The position numbers and the translations under genes are program-made. The notes under the pieces were generated by a model. It did not search any database. It was not told the origin of the DNA and saw only the letters and a list, made by a program, of their open reading frames with translations. Positions 39,232-50,080 of a stretch of DNA of 64,000 bases are shown one piece after another. This stretch comes from Podarcis bocagei. Taxonomy: Eukaryota. The DNA lies in assembly GCA_964188305.1 (NCBI GenBank), contig OZ076886.1; one strand, given 5' to 3'. Each line of letters begins with the position of its first letter. Positions within the stretch are counted from its first letter, which is position 1.

Positions 39232-42200
39232 GCAGAAGTATAACTGGAACATTTGCCCATTTTCAGCTCACAAGTTTGTAAACAGAGTAAGATTGTGCCT
39301 CAGCTCTATGTGTACCCTGAATAATGAGGTAAATCAGGGTGATTTAGGAGTCGTTCACATTACCTCCCCACCCCCACCCCGCAGTTGAATCACTCTATTA
39401 ACAAGCATGTGTTAAAGGCTAATAGGGGGCTGTCCAACCCTACAAGCAGCTCTGTTGCATTAATTTCTCCATAAAGTTAAATGCATGACTGCTGCCACCC
39501 TTTTCTGAGAAGCAAAACCAAGCTGATAGGGAAATGCCCAGAGCTTGAAAGGGAAGGGAGTGCAAAGGTGGCAGCCTTTTTTTAGGATGGACAGGTCTAG
39601 GTTTTAATCACAGCAAGTTTTTTCCCCAGTGCGCTCCAATCACAGTGATTTGAGGGCAGGATGTTGGAGTCAACAAAATGGCTATCGCTCTTAATTCATA
39701 AGTGAAACACTCAGGGCAGGGGAAGACATCACAGTCTCCTTTGGGATTTAGAAAACAACTAGAACATATTATTTTAAAATAATGACCAACTACATAGAAC
39801 CAACAACCAAAGCGTTGCAGTTGATCTAACATATGAAGCCAATATATGTCCCGTATGAACCGTAAAAAGGAAGAATAAAACATGATCAGGTGGGAACAGA
39901 CTAGTCTGGCTGCTTCAACATTATTATACTAATGTCACTGGATACAGTGGAAGATTCATAGTTTCTTGTGTGACTAAAGATTAATAGCCACACATCAAAA
40001 TACATGAGCTTAACAATTCTTAATGCCTGTTGGATTTATTTGCATGAGGGTTTGTAGAACTGGTTAGAATGCTTTCCAGTGATCAAGGCTCCAACCAGAT
40101 GTTAAGACTTGTAGCATTGGCTTACTTTGAGTAAGGTGAATTAACTATTAGCAGTACTGCGGCATAAAATATGATGCTTTATTTACTGCAGGGATTTTGC
40201 AAACATCATAGCTGAAAGACGCACTGGTACAAATATACGGCTTCAGGACATTATGGTTGGATGTCTCTCTGGCACTTTGAAGGCATCTGGATGTTGGAAG
40301 GTGAAATGCAATAATGATATCACTTTTACCCATTAGCATACTAGTTGACATAGGTCTGTGTTCTGCTAAACATCTCAGGATAACTTCCTTACCATCTTTA
40401 ACTGATGGACAATCAATCGATACAAGTGATATACTATTACTTATGCCACTAATCTAAATGTCAATAAGTGCCATTATCTCTGTTTAAAAATAAAGCTGTT
40501 GCACAGTGGTGAGTTGGTCTTGCCAAAGAATCTAATCTTCATCCTATCTCCCCAATCTTTACTTGAGCTATTTAAGTTTTCTATTTTGGAGCACTTGTTT
40601 AAGGATAAATAATAACTCAGAGATGGAAGGTGTTCATTCTAATCTACAAATACATGCTGTTTACTTAAAAGGTTGTGGGGGGGGGGGACTTGGTTGCCTA
40701 AGAGATAATTACTGGACCTAGCTATCCGAACTGCTGGATTCTACTTGAGCAAGAGCATACAAATTCAGTTTCGTATGAAAATAGAATTTGAATTGGATCA
40801 AGGGTCAAAACTCCACTGAGTGTATCATTGCACATGTAATAGGAATTGTCTTTCAAAAAAACCTCACACATATACAGAGCTATACATCTGAAACTCTACA
40901 GAGCCTTGACTAATCCATCTCCATCTCATGCTGGCCAAGGAAAACGGGAATAGAATATATTTATACTGCAATCTTCAGAAGCCATGCTACCAAAAGACAG
41001 GTTAAGAATGTTTGTTCATCGTGTATGTCTTCCTGCCAAAGGATGCAGAACCTGCAGCTACCTGATTTTGAGAAACTGAAATGATAGGGGTGTCAGAGAA
41101 CTCTGCAAACTTCAGATCTGGGGGATCCAACTCCCCTCCCACCCCCCACCCAAACACAGCAGTTTGGGGGCAGACCCAAACTGTCTGAAATGAGCTTGGA
41201 TTGTGGCCTTAGATGTCTCTAGGCTCTATATCATGTTGAAAATGTGGTTAAAGGCATGATTTTATGTAAATTTATCTTTAGCCACATAAATAATGATGTT
41301 TTAAAGATTGCACCTTTGTCAGATATCCTACAAGGCACATTTGACTCTTACCGGTTGCACTGCAACAGTTTTTTATCTGTTAATGGCCGCCAACCCAATG
41401 GCTATGGTACAGCCAGTGATGTGGTCACAATGTACACACAGGCCCTGAAAATGTCTTCCATACCACAGAGTTCCTGGGTTTTATAGATAATACTTTTTTG
41501 GAAGCTGTTCCTGTGAATCGGTAGTAACAGTTTTATTAGACAGGCACCAGTAAAATGTGCTGTTTCTCAAAGTTACATGCTTGATGGCTTGATTCAAATG
41601 TTTTATTGACAAATCCCAGAACTTTCTCTATCAGAAAAGAAACGAGTTCACACTGGGGACATATTGAAGTGCCATGTTAACACACTACTGCAAACTACTA
41701 CTGTTGTTGGCTATGCCAATGCAGATGTTGAAAATGGGGCCGCTGATCTGTGCTATGGCTTGTCGTGATTATACGTGATCATGAATGAAATCAATTTTCA
41801 AAATCTAATTAGTTCTTTTTCTCTTGGTCTCTTGGCTATATGCAGGAGTTAAACCTTGTGTCTTGGTGCGGGGGGGGGGGAGAGGTGGTCAGAAGAAAAA
41901 AAGGCACTTTAATGCAGAAAGTATTTCAGAATAAAGGAGATGCAACTAGCAACTGGCACTGAATAGATAATCTACCTGGATTCATCCTGCTTCCATCCAA
42001 TTCACAGGTTATGGATGGCATTCCCAAGCCTCCCTTTAATCCCCACTCACAGCAGCTTGAATACCCCTGAATCATTTTTAATAATTGATTTAAATTGCAT
42101 CAAATTATCCCTTCGCCTAATCAGAAAAGGCATTACCACTAATTCATGTATTATTCTTAAATGAGATCCATCCAGCTTTACTTGTATAGGATGTTCAGCG

Positions 42201-44525
42201 AGAACCATTACAGTTGACTAAAACCTACTATTGTATTAATCAAGGATCAAGAAATATTTATTTCTGGGCTAATCCTTGAGTTTACATGAAAGTAGAGGAA
42301 ATAGCAGCACAGGAAGCAAGCAGAATTATTCCTCATTTGTTTTTCTTTTATATATATATAGCTTCCAAAATTAAATTCAACGTCCTCAGTGCAGAACAAT
42401 CCATTATTTTCTTCAGTTCTTCATAATCTATGAACAATATATACTCAACCAAGCCAAAGTTTAAAGATAATTATTGCTAAATTCAATGCCATTATAATAC
42501 TTTATTCAGCATCTACAGGGGAATCTGATAAAAGTAGCAGATAACAGATAACCGGGGTGGGGATTGGGGGAGGCACTGAATAATGGGTTAGATGACAGAT
42601 TGCGCATGTTTGTGTTTTCTGTGTGGCAAATGAATGCTTCTTTGAGGGTTGTTGAAATTAAATATGACAAGTGGAAAAAACATTTCATTTTCTATGAAAT
42701 GTACATACCTGATAGCTGAACATTTTTCATCACTTTATGCTTAGTAGATGGTTTGGGATCAAAAGAAATGATATGTGCACTGATGAGAGAACTATACATA
42801 CAGCTGATTTTTCTTTTTTCTTTTAGCTTTCTGTTTTTGCTGCAGCAATTCCAGCTGCTGAAGAGGCAAGGTACCATCTGATTCAAGCTAACATGCCGGG
42901 TTGAATCCAGACATCCTTTGCATGAATACAAGGTTTCCTTCCGTTTCCGTACAAAGGGGCTGAGACTCAGCAGAGTCTCCCGCTGGATGAAACAAGGGTG
43001 AGTGAAGTTTTGCTGATTCCCTCTGCAAACCCACCCCCCACTCTGCTTCCCATACTGTTCTAGAGAGGATCTAACCCTCCAGAGCAGCTTCTCATGGGCA
43101 TGGGATGGAGTCTTCAGGAGAAAAGAGGAGTCAGCAAAAATTGCCTCCCATCCTTCCTCCAGAGGTAGAGCCCTATGAGTGGGTTTTCATTTTTGGTTAT
43201 GGATCCAAGCCATTGTCTCTATGACAGCAAGAACTCCTGAAGGAGAAATAGAAGTCAAAGTTCTGCTCAGTTCTCTGACACATCCACACACATGTGTTCT
43301 TTGGATCCCGGTAATTATCTTAATGGTCATGTCCTTGGAAGTTCATAAGATTTTGAAAGTTATTTGACAAATATTAGATACAAGTTGATGCATCAAATAA
43401 AAACCATTAGGAACAACATTGAGCGTACTATATCTTGAGTGCCTAAACATGCCACCAGCACATCTTAAGCTGCCCCTTCCTGTTGTAGCCCCCTTTTCAC
43501 AACCACCCACACCCAAAAAGAGTGTTCCTGGATGCTGAGAGCAGTCTTTGCTGTAAAGTGAGGAACTACAATCAGATGTAGAAATTGGGACAGTCCCCCA
43601 CATAAGTTGTGGTAGACTGCAGCATCGGAGAACCCTTAAGAAGAAAATATTTTTGAATACATTCTAAAAAATCATAGAGCAGCATTATATGTTAATAATA
43701 CAAGAAATACAGTCGACTCACACTTCCTCTGTTTGCAGAGATTTAAAGATGCTCTTCTTTGCTATTTTTTTTTAATTGTGATGTGATTATTTTCCTAATT
43801 ATGTCACAGTTCATATTTCACATTTTCAGGACTGTGTAAAAAGGCTGATTTTGGCTCTGAAGTCAACTGTTAGAACTGATCAGGCAGTCCTTAAATCAAT
43901 ATGGCCCACTTCTGCCAACAGGGTTAGCGTCTCAATCACAAAACACATTTATATGATAGTATGCCCCATTGTCATTAGTGGGAATTACTTACAAACAAAT
44001 ATGATCACCACTGCTACCTTCAATCTAACTGAGTTTAATCTGGGAGCAAAGTATAAATCTGATTTAATGGGAATGATTTGGTCTTTAAAGATTTAATACA
44101 GCATCAGTCATGGAAGATGAGACCTTCATTTACTTTGATTCAGATATTTACTGCCCAACCCAATGGATGCTTACCCAGAAGTGAATCCCATTATATTCAA
44201 TGGGATTTGCTCTTAAGTAAATGTGCCTAGATTTGTGACCTTAATCAATATTATGAGAGGATCCGGGGGCGGGGAGGGGGAACGGACTTTTTTCATCTTT
44301 TGGATCATGGAATTGGGCCGCATATTAAGAAGTGTTTATATGACAACAAGAGAGGATTTAGCAAGGGAATGTTGTTGGATGGATCAGTTTCCAATACATC
44401 TTTGTTAATTTTATCAGTTTACAAACATATAAGGTAATATGATTACATTTTCAAAGAGCAAAAGGAACAATCATTTTAGGCAATTTTGTTTGTAAAGTCA
44501 ATCGAGAAAGTACAATAACACACAC

Positions 44526-44641
44526 CTCCCAATCCAGGTCTCAGGCGGTTATCGTAACCATCAAGCAAGCGGTCCAGAATTCGAGTGAATATTGTTGTGT
44601 TGTCCTTAATTTCATCTTGTAAGGAAGTTGACTGTCCATAG
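44526..44641 (-). CDS. GABRA1: GABRA1 coding exon 2 (mature N-terminus): (S)[38 protein letters not shown]
   Basis: Acceptor ttcctccctag|C, donor G|gtgtgt; 116 nt, phase 2 to 1; one codon longer than the human exon as recalled (113 nt). Confidence 0.96.
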
Positions 44642-45614
44642 CTAGGGAGGAAAACACTGCTGTTAACATTATAAACCATTAATCCACCAACAAACCTACA
44701 AAATCATAATTCTGAAATCTGCTTAATCTTGCTTATACTGATTTATAGATGCAAAATCTCTTCCATCATGCCAGATTGTAGTAGCATTATAGGATACTTT
44801 CTCCTGCATGCTTTCTTTTTAAAGAATGCATAGTCATTGGGCAGCTTAGAGCAATGCACAGGGATGCCTAGAAATGGATAATAAATTAGACAAAAGAGGC
44901 CCTACAACAAAATGTTGTGATGTGGGGTGCTTCTGTTCAAGGTTTCAGAACCTTGATTCCATTCATTGATCTCCCACTGCGACAGTTTCCCTCTTCCCTC
45001 TGCCCTGCAATAGTAACTCACCAACTCACCACCACTGAGCATGGAGGAGGCTCACACATTTGTGCCTGATCCCTGTTATATTACATTCTTTAATTTCTCA
45101 TTAATGTCTATGACATTAAAGCTCTCTCTTCCATCCCTGGAGACATTTTAAAATAACTTCTCAGTTTGAACCAGGAAGATACAGATATAGACATATTCCC
45201 TTGCTCACTCGCTCAACTGTCTATTCCTCTCTCTCATGCAGTAACTCAACCTTTAGTTCCTGGCTGGGGGCAGGGGGTGTCCTGCAAAAATTTAGTACCC
45301 GCGGAACCTCACAGTTGCCCAAAGTTTGCCAGTACTTCTCTTTTGTGCAATGGTGGTGCTGCAGCAGCAGCTTTGGCTATATACTGTATGATTCAGTATA
45401 TAAAAGTACAGGGAGACTCCAACTGGTATCAGTATATAGATTTTGATCCTTTATTTTTTATGCTGTTTTATGCATTATTTCTACTTTCCAGTCTACAGAT
45501 TTATGAGTGTAAAATAGTGTGTTTTCCTTAAATCCCCTCCCCCAAAAAATCAGTTTATGAAAGCTTACCTTAAAAGAAGTACACAAATCATCTAAATATG
45601 CTAACAGAAGTAAA

Positions 45615-45700
45615 CTGCAATCCTAACCCCACTAATCTGGGATTCAGCACCATTGTACTCAATGGTGCTTCCTTCTGAGTAGACTTGGTATGGATTGCAC
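45615..45700. mobile_element. ~85-bp palindromic MITE (Harbinger/PIF-like), representative copy
   Basis: Outer inverted repeat tgcaatcc/ggattgca, inner agcaccattg-tact-caatggtgct; relatives at ~7310, 22103, 33023, 37971, 44150, 47870, 52957. Confidence 0.7.
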
Positions 45701-48430
45701 TGGGAGCTAATAATCAACAACCCCTTACTAAACATTTCCCCTTAGAAATACGTGGCAGTGGTTTCAACAAAGTATGTTTCGAATTGCGGCCAATGATATC
45801 TCCATGTAGCACAGCCTTGTTTGCATCCCTGTAAACTGGTTGGCACCATCATAAAAGGTGTAGTCATTTCTAATTTTTCTTTACTAAAATGCAAACCCAT
45901 TTACACCTTCTAAATTTTATTGACGTCCTTGCTTTTGTTTTAGGAAAATAAACCTGGAGGCATGCCTAAATCATTGCTTAGCGAACAGGAAATTACATTT
46001 TGAGATAGCAGGGACGTTTCCCCTTCTCTCTCCTAGATTTCATACCTCCTGCCCAAATGATAAATAAACATCTGCACCCAATATACCTGACAGCAGTGCA
46101 GTTCAGGCATCCTGGCAATTGCAGGGATATGGTTTTATGGTTCATGCAGCAGGTCTTTAGATCCAGCTGCTGAAATTAGCTACGAATATCAACTGGAAAG
46201 CTAATGTGTTAACACGGTAGCACAGCTCTCTTTTTACCAGAATGCAGTTTTGATATATATATAAATGCTTGTAGCAGTTGGTTTCCATGGATTTGCCACA
46301 GCCACAAGCTAAGTTCTGTCCTCTTCTTCAAACACCTGAAGTTCTTGTCATTAAGAAAGTGCTCCCCTTTCTGCACTTTCAAGTACAAGCCATACTGTTT
46401 TCTCCTAATCATCTATCATGGTTGTCTAAGAGCCAAATCTTGGAGTCCTTCTTCTGCCCTTTAACTGGGAAAGATCCTATTTGCAAAGTGGGCCATTTGC
46501 CAGTGTAAACTCAGCAGGACTTAGCCCTTGAACCCCAAGCTACTTTCCTCTTGATCACTTTGTCACATACATTATTACTGAATCAGCCTTCTTTGGGTAT
46601 CTGATGTGAGGTAATGAACAAAAATCTTTGCTCCAAAAAGTCCTCTGGACCATACCTCTTCATGAATGTTAACAAAGGGAATAAATGTTTTATAAGGTAC
46701 AATTATACTGATCATCTTTTCCCATAAACTGTCATTGAGGTGGGCGATATGCAATATTAAGCTAGTGTTGCTCTTCCTAAATGTGAATATGAGATTTTTG
46801 TACAACTAACAAGCAGAAATATGGAAAAGAGCTAGTTTGTAGTACCTTTTTATGAGCGGAAAAATTCAGCTCTAGCTCTTTCAAATGCCCCCCCCCCGCC
46901 CCCAATAAAAGATTTCAAATTGAAATGGTGTTCCTTCAAACTACCGGTTAAAAATGCACATAAGCAAACACAGAGTGTATTTAATTACAATTAATTTGAT
47001 TCTGTATGAGAAATGTTGTTGTTGCTGCTGCTGCTGCTTCTGCTGTTAGAATATACTGCCCTATACCCGCAGGTCTCAGGGCAGTTCATAGGATAAAATC
47101 AGAATATAAAACCACAAAGTACATAATCAGCTCACTAGAGGTGTAATATAATTCCTATCCTAAGTACACCTTTGCAAACTGATGGATGTTTATTAAATTC
47201 CCTGTTATTATTTTTAAACATCAGAGGGGGGGATTTTCTTTGCTTTTCTTTTTTTGCTAATTGTAAAGAATAAGAGTGTACTACCCTATATAGTTTGTTA
47301 AGGGCCACCTGCCACAGTCCAGATAAGACGGGTCTCTGCATTGCCTTCATACGCTAACTGCATCTTTTCTGTAGCATCTGAAGGTCATTTGCACTTTTGG
47401 AGACACAATATCAACATGTCCCCAAGAGCTGTATCTGGTAAAGACTTCCTGACACGTGTTTGCCATGTGGTTTTCAGATGTACCAAAGCCTTTCAAGTAC
47501 AATGTGGTCAAACTCCTGCAGAAATGCAGTGGCCCATTTTTTCCTTGGAAGTGGAAGCAAGGAGTGTCCTGATGCCTATTTATTGTACTACATTTTCCAT
47601 AATCAGCATGATCTTCAGTGTGTTTCTCCTGGTCACGTGCCATTAATCTAAATGCCAACACAATTCTCTGAAGAAAGACCATATGGACATGACACTTAGG
47701 AACCAAGCTGCTCTTCAATGCCTGTCTCAGGATGAAGGTGGGTAAGAGCAATGGGCAAAATCCAGAAACGCATAGGCCTTGTTATGTTCCATTGAAACCA
47801 ATGGGGTTTATGTGAACAGTGATCGGCTTAAGCAACATTAATTTCAATGGGCAATCCAATTGGTGTGCTTTACTACACAGCCCTATATAGGTCCGTTCAG
47901 AAGCGGGTCCTGTTGAGTTCAGTGGACCACCCTCCCAGGAAATTGGGTATAGAACTGCAGCCTTAGTATGCTTAATTATATTCTAGAATTTGCTCATCAT
48001 TGAAAATGTACTGATAAATGCATGCATATGTTTATGAGAGATAAAGATCAAAGTGACATACTACTGGCAACATTGCGAAGATACAATTGATAATGCCTAT
48101 TTCCTGAACGTGATGCTTTTAAAGACATCAACTTAGAAGTCTTGCTATTTTTTTCAGATAAACACTCTGTTGAGCAGATGTCTCCTTCTGAATAGGCCTC
48201 TATATAATGCAAACACAAGCCCCTTTCTCCACCATCATAAAACGAAACATTAGAAATGTGAAATTTACAGTGTTTCCTACCATTTCTCTTTGACACAACC
48301 CGCCAGTCCGTCTTCTTTTTCTTTTTTTAAAAAAAACTCAACCTCTCACAAGCATTGGCAATGCCATTTATAAACACAACTGTTGGATTACAAATTTGTG
48401 ACCCTGCCTTCCATTTGGCTGTCCCTCTTT

Positions 48431-48630
48431 NNNNNNNNNNNNNNNNNNNNNNNNNNNNNNNNNNNNNNNNNNNNNNNNNNNNNNNNNNNNNNNNNNNNNN
48501 NNNNNNNNNNNNNNNNNNNNNNNNNNNNNNNNNNNNNNNNNNNNNNNNNNNNNNNNNNNNNNNNNNNNNNNNNNNNNNNNNNNNNNNNNNNNNNNNNNNN
48601 NNNNNNNNNNNNNNNNNNNNNNNNNNNNNN
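48431..48630. other. Assembly gap (200 N); probable site of GABRA1 coding exon 1 (signal peptide)
   Basis: N-run between exon 1 and coding exon 2; no signal-peptide exon with a phase-2 donor found elsewhere in 44642-49575. Confidence 0.7.
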
Positions 48631-49575
48631 TCTTCCTCAGCCCGAGCAATCTTGCAAATGCCAGCCGGTGTCCATTCGCTTCCCTCGCCATCCGACCCCC
48701 CCCCCCCGCAATAAATAAATAAAGGCATCGATAAAGAAAGTCACCAAATCATTAGAAATAATTGCCTGTGGATGCAGCCTGTGGAAAAGGGACACACACA
48801 CCCCAAGTGCCAAAAGAGAAAAATGCCTTCTCTTCCTCCCATTCACTCCCCATTTCTCTCCTCTTTCTCCCCCTCCCCTTCCCACCACCATTATTTTTTT
48901 CCTCTTTTAATAGTTCAAAATGAAAGACCAAAAGCATGGAGGGGGGAGATACCCCCACACCCGGTCTTCCATGTTAGGCACATCCCTTAAACCCCACATC
49001 CAATAATACCGAGAGGCATTTTCCGGAAGACCTCGGCTCCGCGGTCTTGCCTGCTTCTCTTATGCCTGTGGTGGAGACTTGTGGTGTGTGGGGATTGTTG
49101 TGGGGGCTTTTCCTCCCCCCGCCGATATAGCAACTTTATACCCTCCCTCCCTCTCTCCGGGAAAAAGGCACCCTCCTCACCACCCTCCCCACCACCTGCA
49201 AAATGCAAGCCATTCTTGTTGCTGTTTTGCTAGCAGATCGCTTCCCAATGATCTCTCTCTCCCCCCACCCCCATCTCCATCGCCTCTCCTTCTCCCCCCT
49301 CCACAAACCCGCTTATCAATTGCCCATCGATCGCTGCGGAATTTCAACCTGGGTAGGGGGTGGGGGTGGGGTGGGTGGGGGGAGACGAGGGGGAGAGAGA
49401 GAGAGATCCGCGAATCGTGCCCACCAGGTACCTGCTAGGAGAGCAGCCAGCGCAGTCAGTCCCCTCCATCCACGGAATGCTCTTCCCGGGAAAAGCAGGC
49501 GGGTGGGGAGGGTGGGGGCAGCGAGCGGAGCTGCCCAGCAGATGCTCAGGCAAAAGGGAAGAAAGGCACCGTTAC

Positions 49576-49960
49576 CTGGAGACCCCGCCGAGGTGCTGGC
49601 AAAGTCCGGGAGAATCGCCTCGGAGAATCGCCCAAGATGCCGCGGCTGCTGCTGCTGGCAGGGGAGAGGGCGCCTGGGAGCCGCGAAGAACCGGCTGCTC
49701 CGCTCACTCATTTAGGCGCTCTCAGCCATCATGGACTCTGCCGCCGCCGCCGCCGCCGCTGCCGCCGCCGCTGTTGCTGCTGCCGCCGCCGCCGCCGCTT
49801 TGCTCTCCGATTTCCAACACCCAAATTCCCTTTCCCGGGGATCCAGATCGCAGCTCTACAACAAAAAGCGTTGCTCTTTACTAAGACAGTAGTAGTACGT
49901 CCCGGGGTAAACCGGATGTGAAATAGGCTGTGACTTCATGCCAGGCAGATTTTATTTTAG
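49576..49960 (-). other. GABRA1: GABRA1 non-coding exon 1 (5'UTR); 5' end approximate
   Basis: Donor CAG|gtaacg at 49576/49575; blocks ggcatgaagtcac...ctatttcacatccggttt...gggacgt...actactgtctt and cagagtccatgatggct match the human GABRA1 5'UTR as recalled. Confidence 0.75.
49741..49797 (-). repeat. Interrupted CGG triplet repeat in the 5'UTR: (CGG)5 CAG CAG CAA CAG (CGG)3 CAG (CGG)6
   Basis: Read directly; 19 triplets. Confidence 0.95.
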
Positions 49961-50043
49961 AAAGGAAGGTGGTACCAAGCTCTCAGCTAGAGACCAATCC
50001 GCCCATTTTTTTTTTTTAATATGCAGCACAGTTTAACTTCCAG

Positions 50044-50080
50044 CTCTCTCTCTCTCGCTCTCGCTCGCTCTCTCGCTCTC
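50044..50080. repeat. (CT)n/(CTCG)n tract in the promoter
   Basis: Read directly. Confidence 0.9.

Noticed and set aside
47280-47350. MKAMQRPVLSGLWQVALNKLYR as the signal-peptide exon
   Set aside because: Available donor is phase 0 while coding exon 2 needs phase 2; hydrophobic core too weak
48336-48430. ...VVFINGIANACER with AG|gttgag as the end of coding exon 1
   Set aside because: Correct phase but weak donor, and no resemblance to the LWAWxLLL core
49720-49742. REST/NRSE-like site TCAGCCATCATGGACTCTGCC
   Set aside because: About 12/21 to consensus with the GGACAG core broken; better explained by the uORF
49203-49921. Long + strand ORFs (170, 174, 94 aa) antisense to exon 1
   Set aside because: Expected from GC richness and the CCG repeat; low complexity, no recognisable domain
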